Shown here: positions 1 to 10,978 of the stretch, in pieces
Position numbering within the stretch: position 1 is the first letter of the stretch
Layout of the letters: each line of letters starts with the position of its first letter
Assembly (NCBI GenBank): GCA_030390025.1
Contig: CM059431.1
Span: 159,280,001-159,344,000, forward strand
Reading direction: 5' to 3'
Length of the DNA: 64,000 bases
Source: Squalus acanthias
Taxonomy: Eukaryota
Position numbers and translations under genes: made by a program
Notes under the pieces: generated by a model
The model's input: only the letters and a program-made list of their open reading frames with translations
The model's database searches: none
What the model was told of the DNA's origin: nothing

Positions 1-424
1 AAAACGAGCCTTATTCCTGAGGTAGAGAATATTCTGCAGGGAAATATGGAGCTTGTGATCATTGATGAATTAAATGATCCTTCAGTAGGTTTTACACTCT
101 GGCGGTATAATATTATATTTATTCACCGATTTTTGTTTAATATTTTGGATTTGCTCAGATTTGTTATTAAATTCTGGTAGTTTGTGACTATGATATCTAT
201 CCACACACAATATATGTCTGGATGTGATCCCTCTGATCTCTATGGGCTGTGACATTGTCCGTGTGTTACTGGTGATGTGTCCTGTTTGGTGCTTCTATTT
301 GAATATATTGACCATATCTCTCATGGTGTCAGCACCTGAGGAATCAGCACTGTAGCAGGTGAGGTCACTTACCACTGTTCCACTAATATTAACACTTATG
401 AATAATATTATGAATCATGTAACT

Positions 425-456
425 TTAAACAGTGAGATGATGCACAACATTGATTT
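425..456 (-). CDS. Candidate terminal coding exon of the small membrane-protein gene ((E)INVVHHLTV*)
   Basis: Minus strand tatattccAG acceptor at 458-457; phase-1 frame compatible with the TM exon reads to TAA at 427-425; a GTAAGT donor follows at 372. Alternative acceptors exist (~1275, ~34), so the assignment is uncertain. Confidence 0.3.
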
Positions 457-1885
457 CTGGAATATAATTAGGGGTCTGACAATCTCAGAATTGGCCATTA
501 ATATACAAGTGGTAGATTTAACTGCTGTTTTACAATCACAATTCTCCACTTGTGCGCGTGTCTCGCTGTGTGTGTTCACACACGCGCGTCCAATCAAACT
601 CTCAGTCAGCGTCCTTTCCTTTCCCCACTGGGGAAATATAGTTTCAGTCTCGGATCAGTAATTTCTCCAAAATATAGTTGAAGTTATTTTGCGAAATTAA
701 TTTAGAACTAAGTTTGAGACATTGTAAAACTCAGTTATCTGCTGTTTCATACCTAGTATAATAAAGACATAAGCCACATAAGTCACAACAACAACTTGCA
801 TTTCCACAGCTTGAGTGGAGCACAAACGCCGGCATGGTCTGGTTGGGCGGAATCGCCTGTTCTTTGAGGTATCTCCTACGTAACCGCATGTAATTCACAT
901 TTCGCTCTCCATACTTTTCCCGCATCGTACCCTACTTCATCCGGGCATTTGCCTACTTCATTTTTTGTTAATTCTGCCTCCCCATGCTTCACTAACTCCT
1001 TATGGTTCACATGTATTTCGTTATTCCCTCTATTCCCCCCGCCGACAAAGATACTTCCTCTTGACGTTGCTCACTTAACCGGAATCCTGCTGTGATTTTC
1101 CTGAAATTAATTTATCAGATAATAAAATAGTTATCTTCCCTTTATTGGCAGGGATGTTGCGTTGTCAGTTTACGGGGGCGTCCGACTCGAAACCCATCGA
1201 TTGATGAATGATACATTCATTTATTTCCCTTAACTCCAAGATCAAGCGGGTGCTCAAAAGTACAAGACATACCACTGAACAGCGAAAGGAAACGGTGATC
1301 GGGTTAACAAGTGAATTGGAAATATTGTGAACTCAATTGCAATCACACAAATTTTTGTGGATATCATTACACCGAGTAATAAGGAAATAATTTTGGGAAA
1401 ACAGTTTGCGATATGAATAGAAAATAATCACGCAGCCATCAATAATTTAGCCAATGCATGACTGTAGCTGGTATAATTAAAGAACTGATAGTACATCACT
1501 ATAAAACTCAGAGGGATTTGCGGGAGTCGGGTCGGAGAAAGGCGTGAGAGGTATCTCTATTAATAAAGACAAAACCTCATCATCAACAACTTGCATTTGT
1601 ACGACGTCTTTAAAGTGGAAAATAAAGGAGTTTTACTGAAGCAAGAACGCACACATCCGGGACAACAAAAATGATAATAAGGGTTCAAGAAGATGTAGAT
1701 GAATTGCAGTCAAAAAAGTAGGTTTTTGATCATAAGTTTAATGATTGCCAGGGGACGTAGAGGTGGATAGTTTAGGGAGAGAATAACAAAGTGAGTAGTG
1801 TATTTCTTTTACTCCACCAAAAATGCAACTGGTTATTTCACTATTTGTATTTCCTGCATCATTACTGTCGGCGGTGCAATCTTAC

Positions 1886-2014
1886 CGCGATTTTTCTGGT
1901 TTGGCCAACAACACGTCACCAGAACTCCTACTGCTCCCAGCAGTATTGCAACTGAGAATGCAACCGTGACGATTATCTTGCCTTGTTCGTCCATTATTGC
2001 AGTATCGTCAATCT
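1886..2014 (-). CDS. Transmembrane exon of an unidentified single-pass membrane protein ((E)IDDTAIMDEQGKIIVTVAFSVAILLGAVGVLVTCCWPNQKNR)
   Basis: atttacAG acceptor (2016-2015) and G|GTAAGA donor (1885-1884); 129 nt, phase 1-1, open frame; ~21-residue hydrophobic helix followed by CC and basic residues; internal ATG (1994) in strong Kozak context (ATAATGG). Confidence 0.7.
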
Positions 2015-2119
2015 CTGTAAATGATAGAATATGTTTGAGATTTATTTTTCAAATATTCATTGACAGTCCCAATAGTCTCAAACAATTCGGAAAGCTGCTG
2101 TTATTTCATAACACTCAGA

Positions 2120-4105
2120 GAAAAAAAGACTCTAAGAGAAAGATGAACCATACGTGAATATGTAAGAAAGTAAAGGATGGTGTCAACTTGAGAATAAACG
2201 CATATAATGTTGCGAAGAATAGTGGAAGGACAAGGATTGGAAATGTTTAAAAACCAGCAAAGGATGACTAAAAAATGATAAAGAGAGAGAAGATAGCTTA
2301 TGAGAGTAAGCTAGCATAAATATAAAAACAGATAGTAAGAACTTCTACAGGTATATAAAAAGGAAGAGTGTACCTAAAGTAACGTTAGTCCCCCAGAGGA
2401 ATAGTCTGGGGAATTAATAATGGGAAACAGATGAATGGTAGAAATATTGAACAAATATTTTGTATCGGTCTTCACGGTACAAGACACTAAAAGCTTTCCA
2501 ATAATGGATAATCAAGGGGCAATTGGGTTAGGGGGGACTTCAAACAATCAATGTCACTAGAAATTACCAGGCAAATTAATGGAACTAAATTTGGACAGCC
2601 CCCCTGGTCCCGATAGCCCGCATGCTAGAGTCTTAAAAGAGGTGGCTGCAGACATAGTGGATGCATTGGGTGTAATCTACCAACATTCCCTTGGTTCTGG
2701 AGAGGTCATAGCGGACTGGAAAACCGCAAATGTAACGCCCCTATTTAAGAAGGAAGGAGCCAGAAAGCAGGCAGCTATCGACCAGTTAGTTAATATCTGT
2801 CATTGTGAAAATGCTGGAGTCCATCATTAAGGAAGTGGTAGCAGGAAATTTAGAAAATCGTAATATAGTCAAGCAGAGTCAGCATGGTTTTATGAAAGGG
2901 AAATTATTTTTGACAAATTTGCTGGAGTTCTTTGAGGATATAATGAGCAGGGTAGATAAAGGGGAACCAGCAGATGTGTATTTGGATTTTCATAAAGCAT
3001 TCGATAAGGTACCAAATAAAAGGTTCCTACACAAGATAAGAGCTCACGGGGTTGGAGGTAATAAATTAGCATGGATAGATGATTGGCTAAAAAACAGAAA
3101 AAAGAGAGTCGGGATAAATGGGTCATTTTCAGGTTGGCAAACTGTAACTAGTGGGGTGCCGCAGGGATCAGTGCTTGGGCCTGAACTATTTACAATCTAT
3201 ATTAATGATTTGGATGATAGGTCTGAGTGTAATGCAACCAAATTTGCTGATGATACAATGATAGGTGGGAAAGCAAGTTGTGTGGAGGAGGCAAAGAATT
3301 TCCAAAGGGGTATAGATAGGCTAAGTGAGTGGGCAGGAATCTGGCAGATGGAGTATAATGTGGGAAAATGCGAGGTTATCCACGTTGGTAGGACATTTAA
3401 AAAAAAAAAAATATTTAAATGGGGAGAGATTACAAAATGCTGAGGTACAGAGGTATCTGGGGGTCCTTGTACATGAATCACAAAATGTTATCATGCAGGT
3501 ACAGCAAGTAATTAGGAAGGAAAATGGAATGTTGGACTTTATTGCAAAGGGAATGGAGTATAAAAGTAGGGAAGTCCTTTTACAACTGTAGAGGGCGTTG
3601 GTGAGACCACACCTGGAGTACTGTGTACAGTCTTGGTCTCCTTATTTAAGGAAGGATATACTTGCATTGGAAGAAGTTCAGAGAAGGTTCACGAGGCTGA
3701 TTCCGGAGAGGAAGTGGTTTTCTTATGAAAAAAAGGTGCAGCAGGTTGGGCCTATGCTCATTGGAGTTTAGAATAATGAGAGCGGACTCATTGAAACATA
3801 TAACAATTCTGAAGGGGGAATCTAGAACTAGGGGCATAATTTCAGACTAAGGGGGCACCCTTTTAAAACGGAAATGAGGAGGAATTTCTTCTTTCAGAGA
3901 GTCGTGAATCTTTGGAATTCTCTGCCCCAGAGAGCTGTTAATGACAATATTTAAGGTGGAGACAGACAGATTTTTGAAAGGTAAGGGAGTCAATGGTTAT
4001 GGGGAGCGGGCAGGGAAGTGATGCCAAGATGAGATTAGCCATGATCTTATTGAATATCGGTGCAGGCTCGAGGGGCCAAATGAGCTACTCCTGCTCCGAC
4101 GTCTT
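2120..4105 (+). mobile_element. 5'-truncated, decayed CR1 LINE (ORF2 RT and 3' end)
   Basis: ORF pieces with QHGFMKGK, DFHKAFDKVP, GVPQGSVLGP, KFADDT; CR1 3' UTR and TTATG-type tail near 4090-4120. Confidence 0.9.
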
Positions 4106-4469
4106 ATGTACTTATGTTATGTTCTTCCGTTTATCGTTTGTCTACCTCATTATTCAGTTTACATTTTGATCTCCTCTGCTGTTTTCACCGTTTTTCTTTG
4201 TCAGGTGACCTTAACTTTGTGGATTTCTGCACTTTGCCTGAATAAGGTGCATATAAAGTATGCACAAGAGATTTATCAGAGAAGAATGTGTGCCACGGTT
4301 GGGCTGACTGTGCATTGGGTGATCTTCTGTTAGTTCACCAAATGACCGCGACACATAACACTGGACAACCTGTAATATATTCAAGTCTATACATGTTCCG
4401 ACATCGCCATTTAGTCCTGCTTCTGGGCTTTGATTCGTTACGATTTTCCTATTCTAATGCTAATCTGAA

Positions 4470-5080
4470 CAAATTGGCTGCTGTATTTGCTTACTTGTGC
4501 CACCAGGCGGCGCTGCTTAGCACCAGAAGCTGCTTTTTCCCAATTGACGGGCCAAATTTATCGGTGGGCATGACGGGGTACACTGAGAGTACACTGTCAT
4601 ACCGCCTTAGAAAATGACCACAAGTTCGCGTTTTCCGCATGCGCTTCAATAGGCGCTAAATACCGAACTTGTGATGCCTTAACAGATGATTTGCACCAAC
4701 GCGGAAATACTCATACTGGAATAGTGTTGGGCTAATTGCCACTAACTGCCCGGCAATTACGTATGAAGATTTTACTGTTGGTGTAAGCAGTTGCAGGAGC
4801 CTGTTTCACTGTGAAAGGGATCCAGTTGTGTTGAATATTGAGAACAATCAGCGGATATAGTTGCAAGCAATAAAACTTTAACCCTAAAACGTGCACAATA
4901 TTCAAATTGTTCCGTGAGTTTAAATAAAATTGAAGTGATACTGTTACCAAAATACCACCCACAGAAACAAACAACATGTACCGAACACATACCACTTCAA
5001 ATAACCTAAGAATTAAAGGGGTTTTTTCCGCAGAGAAGTAGGCTGAATGTGGTCGCTCCACCGATTTCACAGTGCCTCTG
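4470..5080. mobile_element. Probable decayed non-autonomous DNA transposon (MITE-like)
   Basis: Internal motif aagttcgcgttttccgcatgcgc (~4622) resembles the reverse complement of the 61470-61500 segment of the Harbinger-like MITE; termini not clearly recognisable. Confidence 0.3.
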
Positions 5081-5504
5081 AAATGATTGGTAATCGTTCT
5101 GGTATAACTTTACAATAAAATACATGTCTCTAGTGGCAACATTTAGAAATATTAATAATAAAAAAAATATGACAGTTAATATTTAAAATGATCAATGTTT
5201 TCTGCACTCCAAATGTATGATCAAGAACTGGGCATCTGACAAAGATCATTTATACTTCCTCCAAATGTATGAAATAAAACCATTTTCCTATTTAATTATT
5301 TTATATAATACATTTAAAGCTGCCCCACAGCTGGTGTGCTAGGTGCATGGTGTATAGTAAATCAAAAGGTGCATTGCCAACGCCTTTTTGTGCTGCTGAA
5401 TCCCAATCCATCGGAAAGTTACTGCGACATTTTAATATTTTGTTCACTAATGGACATTTGACAGGATATTAAATGCTAGCCTTAGAAGAATAAAAAAAAA
5501 TTAC

Positions 5505-5615
5505 CTGATTTACATAAACTATTTACACATCCGGAATTTGAAAGCCGGGATGGTGAAGTACAGCACAAGCAATTCTTTGGGCTGGCAAAACACTCTGCAA
5601 CGCTCTTCAATGTTC
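5505..5615 (-). CDS. Candidate Cys-rich extracellular exon ((G)TLKSVAECFASPKNCLCCTSPSRLSNSGCVNSLCKS)
   Basis: Polypyrimidine tract ttccttttcttatttgctctgAG (weak GAG acceptor) and CAG|GTAATT donor; 111 nt, phase 1-1, open, 6 Cys; splices in frame to the TM exon at 2014. Confidence 0.55.
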
Positions 5616-6016
5616 CTCAGAGCAAATAAGAAAAGGAACAAGATCTTAGTATAAAATATAAATAACTTAAAGTTTAATAAAAATCCCAAGTGATAGACAC
5701 TGTTATAAACTCAATAGAAGTTTGAACAGATAAACTATCTATTTCAATTTAGTAAATATTTAAATTATTATTACCCCCTGACGGTCAAAGGACGAAAATG
5801 TTTCGATTGACCTCAAATTATAATTTGTTTCATTCAAGTGGAAATCAGATGCCAAAATATTATTGGTATTTTGTTACATAATCGTACCAAAATGCTGATA
5901 TATTAAATATGTCCAAGTACCAGTTTAATTAAAAGTTTTAAATTATAATTTCAATGGAAGGATCTGCAGGAAATTTCTGTAGGTGTGGCTTAGATGTGAA
6001 AAATTTTGTGGGCGTG

Positions 6017-7958
6017 TCATAGTCATAGAGTCATAGAGTTATACAGCACAGAAAGAGGCCGGCCATCAAGCCCTGTCTGTTCTAATCCCATTTTCCAAGA
6101 CTTGGTCCGTAGCATTGTGTGCTATGGCGTTTCAAATGCTCATCTAAATGCTACTTGAATGTTGTGAGGGTTCCTGCATCTGCCAGCCTTTCAGGGAGTG
6201 AGTTCCAGATTCCAACCACGCTCTGGGTGAAAAGGTTTTTCCTCAAATCCTCTCTAAACCTCCTGCCCCTTAGCTTGAAACTATGTCCCTGGTGATTGAC
6301 CCCTCTACTAAGGGGAAAAGTTCATTTCTATCGACCATATCTATGCCCCTCATAATGTTGTACACCTCAATCTGGTCCCCACTCAGCCTTCTCTGCTCTA
6401 AGGAAAACAACCCCAGCCTGTCCAGTCTCTCTTCATAGCTGAAGCGCTCAAGCCCAGGTGACATCCTGGTGAATCTCCTCTGCACCCTCTACAATGCAAT
6501 CACATCATTTCTATAGTGTGGCGACCAGAACTGCACTCAGTATTCCAGCTGTGAACGAATTAGCATTTTGTACAGCTCCATCATAACTTCCCTGCTCTTA
6601 TATTCTATGCCTCGGCTAATGAAGGCAAGTATCCCATATGCCTTCGTAACCTCCTTATCTACCTGTCCTGCTGCCTTCAGGGATCTATGTACATGCACAC
6701 CAAGGTCGCTCTGATGCTCTGTCCTTCCAAAGGTCCTACCATTCATTGTGTATTCCCTTGCCTTGTTAGACCTCCCAAAATGCATCACCTCACACTGTTC
6801 AGTGTTAAATTCCATTTGCCACTGTTCTGCCCATCTGAGCAACCTGTCTATATCGTCCGGTAGCCTGAGGCTTCCCTCGCGCTATTTACCACTCCACCAA
6901 TGTTCGTGTCATCTGCGAACTTACTGATCATACCTCGTACATTCATATCTAAATCATCAATGTACACTACAAACAGCAAGAGACCCAGCACCGATCACCC
7001 GCGGTACACCACTGGACACGCGTATCCAGTCACAAAAACAATCTTCGACCATCACCCTCTGCCTTCTGCCATTAAGCCAATTTTGGATCCAATGTGCCAA
7101 ATTGCCCTGGATCTCATGGGTTATCACCTTCTTGACCCATCTCCCATGCGGGACCTTGTCAAAAGCCTTACCGAAGTACATGTAGACGACATCAACTGCA
7201 CTACCCTCATCCACACACCTAATCACAACCTCGAAAAGTTCAATCAAATTGGTCAGACATGATCTCTCCCTGAAAAGCCATGCAGACTATCCTTGACAAA
7301 ACCTTGCCTCTCCAAGTGGATACTAATTCTGTCCCTCAGAATTGTTTCCAATAATTTCCCTATGACTGATGTTAGGCACAATGGCCTGTAATTCCCTGGT
7401 TTATCCTTACTACCCTTCTTGAATAATGGTACTACGTTAGCTGTCATCCAGTCCTCTGGCACGTCCTCTGTGGCCAGAGAGGTTCAGAAAATTTGTGTCA
7501 TAGCCCCTGCAATCTCCTCCCTTTCCTCACACAGCAGCCTCGGATACATCTCGTCTTGGCCCTGGGTATTTATCCACATTTATGTCAGCTAAAACTGCTC
7601 GTACCTCCACCCTCTCAATGCTAATGTGTTCAAGTATATCCCAATCCGCCTTCCTGATCTCTATGCCTACATCGTCCTTCTACATAGTGAACACAGCTGC
7701 AAAATATTCATTTAAAAATTCACCTACATCTCCCGGCTCTACACACAGATTGCCACTTTCGTCCCTAATTGGCCCTACTCTTTCCCTGGTTATCCTCTTG
7801 CCCTTAATGTACTATCAAAACAACTTCGACTTTTCACTTTTTTTGCCTGCCAGTGTTTTTTCATGCCCCCTCTTCGCTCTCCTAATTTCTTTTTAATGTA
7901 CCCCCCTGCACTTTCTGTACTCCTCTAGGGCTTCCACTGTTTTTAGTCCTTTGTATCT
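6017..7958 (-). mobile_element. 5'-truncated CR1 LINE
   Basis: Reverse-strand ORF2 fragments (PEDWMTANVVPLFKKG, KAFDKVPHGR, WQMEFN, QRRFTRM); GACTCTAT-type tail at 6017-6040. Confidence 0.9.
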
Positions 7959-7959
7959 G

Positions 7960-8972
7960 GAGGGGAACGGGTGAGAGCAGAAGTGCGAGAAATAGAACAG
8001 ACACAGTCAAGAGCTGTGTCAACTACAGTAGAGGGGAATCCTCGGTTGAGGAAAAAGGAAGACATGTCGGAAACATTTCTTTAGAATGTGGCATCGTTAG
8101 AGCGGATGTGGTGGAGACGGAGAAACTGGGAGAATAGAATAGAGTACTTACAGGAAGCGGGGTGGGAGTCAGTGGGCTTATAGTGAATGTTTGTCGAAAG
8201 CTTATCCCCATAGATGAATACAGCGAAGTCGAGGAAGGGAAGGGAGGAGTCGGAGATGGAGCATGTGAAGGTGAGGTAAGGGTGGAAATTGGTAGCAAAG
8301 TGAGTGAAATGTTCTAGTTCAGGGCGAGAGCAGGAAACAGCACCAATACAGTCATCAATGTACCAGAAATAGAGGTGAGGGAAGAGACCTGTGTAGGACT
8401 GGAACAACGAATGTTCCACATACCCCACGAAAAGGCAGGAATAGCCAGGACCCATGCGGGTTCCTATCGCATCAACTTTAATTTAGAGGAAGTGAGTGGA
8501 GTCAAAGGAGAAGGCTTTCAATTTGAGAACACGTTCAGCCAGGTGAAGGAGGGTGTTGGTGGAAGGGGACTGGTTCGGCTTTTGTTCAAGGAAGAAGCAG
8601 AGCGCCCTCAGGCCATCCTTGTGGGGGATGGAGGTGTAGAGGGATTGGACGTCCATAATGAAATGGAGACGGTTGGGGCCACGAAACTGGAAACAGCTAA
8701 AGTGGTGGAGGGCGTCGGAAGAGTTGCGGATATAGGTGGGAAGAGACTGGACAAGGGGAGAAAAAATAGAGTCGAGATAGGAAGAGATAAGTTCCGTGGG
8801 ACAAAAACAGGCTGTAACGATGGGTTGTGGATATTAGGAAGGAGGTAGAAACGTGCTGTGCGGGGTTGGGGAACTATGATGTTGGCGGCCATGGAGGGAA
8901 GATATCCAGAGGAGATGTGGTCAGTGACAGTCTTGGAAACGGTGGCTTGATGTTTGGTAGTGGGGTCATGGA
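7960..8972 (-). mobile_element. Penelope-like element, RT fragment
   Basis: ORFs PQPRTARFYLLPNIH and MGPGYSCLFVGYVE...YIDDCIGA...LPFLD...IHYKPTDSH...SQFLRL, characteristic of Penelope-type RT. Confidence 0.85.
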
Positions 8973-9223
8973 TGGGTATCCTGGCACCAATCGTTGAAGG
9001 TGGCAGAACAGGTTGAGAAAGCAGTTAAAATGCTTACCGGATCCTGGGCTTCATGAATTGAGGTATCGAGTACAAAAGCATGGAATTTATGATGAACCTG
9101 AATAAAACACTGGTTCGGCCTCAACTGCGGTATTGTGTCCAGTTCTGGGCACCGTACTTTAGGAAGGATGTGATGGGCTTAGAGAGGGTGCAGAAAAGAT
9201 TTACGAGAATGATTCCAGGGACG

Positions 9224-9778
9224 CTCAGAGCGTCGGCGGGAGTTTCAAAGGCGGCAGTGGGCATATAAAAGGCTCCAGAGACCAGGTAAGGCCTCAGAGC
9301 GTCGGCGGGAGTTTCACCGGCGGCAGTGGGCCTATAAAAGGCTCCAGAGACCAGGTAAGGCCTCAGAGAGTCGGCGGGAGTTTCAGCGGCGGCAGTGGGC
9401 CTATAAAAGGCTCCAGAGACCAGGTAAGGCCTCAGAGCGTCGGCGGGAGTTTCACCGGCGGCAGTGGGCCTATAAAAAACTCCAGAGACTAGGTAAGGCC
9501 TCAGAGCGTCGGCGAGAGTTTCAGCGGCGGCAGTGGGCCTATAAAAGGCTTCAGAGACCAGGTAAGGCCTCAGAGCGGCGGCGAGAGTTTCAGCGGCGGC
9601 AGTGGGCCTATAAAAGGGTCCAGAGACCAGGTAAGGCCTGAGAGCGTCGGCGGGAGTTTCAGCGGCGGCAGTGGGCCTATAATAGGCTCCAGAGACCAGG
9701 TAAGGCCTGAGAGCGTCGGCGGGAGTTTCAGCGGCGGCAGTGGGCCTATAAAAGGCTCCAGAGATCAGGTAAGACCTA
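9224..9778 (+). repeat. 8 x 69-bp tandem monomer array in CR1 5' UTR
   Basis: Unit ctcagagcgtcggcgggagtttcagcggcggcagtgggcctataaaaggctccagagaccaggtaaggc; (c/t)aggtaag recurs at 9283, 9352, 9421, 9490, 9559, 9628, 9697, 9766. Confidence 0.95.
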
Positions 9779-10003
9779 CCAGTCTCCGAACTCGGAGGGG
9801 AAAATAATCGAAGTGTGACGTCACCAAAAAACAGGTAAGTGATTGGTTGGTGAGTATTTCTCTCTTTTTAAGCTTAAATTCTGTGGTGTTAAATTTCTAG
9901 GGTCTCTGTGGTGCAGTGGGGACAGTTGGTAAATAAAGTGCCCTAGAGTATATCTGTAACTGGGTTATTGAATACATTTTTAATTTAATTAAGGGAGTAG
10001 GTC

Positions 10004-10978
10004 ATGACAGGTGAGATCAGCCCCGTGTTATGCTCCTCTTGCTCCATGTGGGAATTCAGGGACGCTGCCAGTGTCCCTGGGGACCACGTGAGGGAGAAAT
10101 GCATCCAGCTGCAGCTACTTGTAGACCGCATTGCGGCGCTCGAGCTGCGGGTGGATGAGTTTTGGAGCATACGCGATGCTGAGAGGGTCCTGGATAGCAC
10201 GTTTAATGAGTTGGTCACGCCGCAGGGTAGGGCTGCACAGGCAGAAGGGAAATGTGTGACCATCAGGCGGAGCAGCAGAGGCAGGCAGGGAGTACAGGGA
10301 ACACCTGCGGTCATCCCCCTTTCAAACAGGTATACCGATTCGGATACTGTTGAGGGGGATGACTCACCAGCGGAGAGCGGCAGCAGCCAACTTCCTGGCA
10401 CCAGGGTTGCTTCTGCTTCTCAGAAAGGGAGGGAAAACAGTGGGAGAGCAATAGTGGTAGTGGAATCTATCGTAAGGGGAACAGATAGGCGTTTCTGTGG
10501 CCGTAAAAGTGACTCCAGGATGGTTTGTTGCCTCCCTGGGGCCAGGTTCATGGATGTCACTGAGCGGCTACAGGGCATCCTTAAGGGGGAGGGTGAGCAG
10601 GCAGAGGTCGTGGTTCACATTGTGAACAACGGCATAGGTAGGAAAGGGGATGAGGTCCTGCATCAAGAATTTAGGGAGCTAGGCAGCAGATTAAAGAGCA
10701 GCACCTCAAAGTTTTTAATCGCTGGATTACTCCCAGTGCCACGTGCTAGTGAGGATAGTAATAGGAGGATAGAACAGATGAATGCGTGGCTAAAGAGTTG
10801 GTGCAGGAGGGAGGGTTTTAGTTTCCTGGATCACTGGGCCTGCTTCTGGGGAAGGTGGGACTTGTACAAGTCGGACGGTTTTCACCTGAACCAGAGTGGG
10901 ACAAATAGCCTTGCGGGGAGGTTTGCTAGCACTGTTGGGGGGCGGGGGGGGGGGGGGTTAACTAACTTGGCAGGTTGA
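10004..10978 (+). CDS. CR1 ORF1 protein (Zn-finger/leucine zipper + SGNH esterase-like domain)
   Basis: 324 aa open ORF: CSSCSMW...KCIQLQLL, VCCLPGAR, VVVHI..N.IG, DGFHLN; some conserved motif residues altered (GDS to VES). Confidence 0.85.
   Translation: MTGEISPVLCSSCSMWEFRDAASVPGDHVREKCIQLQLLVDRIAALELRVDEFWSIRDAERVLDSTFNELVTPQGRAAQAEGKCVTIRRSSRGRQGVQGTPAVIPLSNRYTDSDTVEGDDSPAESGSSQLPGTRVASASQKGRENSGRAIVVVESIVRGTDRRFCGRKSDSRMVCCLPGARFMDVTERLQGILKGEGEQAEVVVHIVNNGIGRKGDEVLHQEFRELGSRLKSSTSKFLIAGLLPVPRASEDSNRRIEQMNAWLKSWCRREGFSFLDHWACFWGRWDLYKSDGFHLNQSGTNSLAGRFASTVGGRGGGGLTNLAG

Noticed and set aside
731..925. Cys-rich 64-aa minus-strand ORF (…SSCGNASCCCDLCGLC…)
   Set aside because: The Cys run comes from an (ACA)n / L2-tail-like sequence at ~785-805; no splice or domain support.
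1798..2157. 119-aa plus-strand ORF
   Set aside because: Antisense shadow of the minus-strand TM exon, which has proper splice sites.
4205..4245. Plus-strand acceptor followed by GDLNFVDFCTLPE*
   Set aside because: Good polypyrimidine tract but no partner exons on the plus strand; unsupported.
5775..5833. Possible signal-peptide exon (MKQIII…) upstream of the Cys-rich exon
   Set aside because: In-frame stop and wrong phase at the donor; at best a decayed exon.
9224..9778. CRISPR-like array
   Set aside because: Whole units repeat with no unique spacers; it is a eukaryotic LINE 5' UTR.
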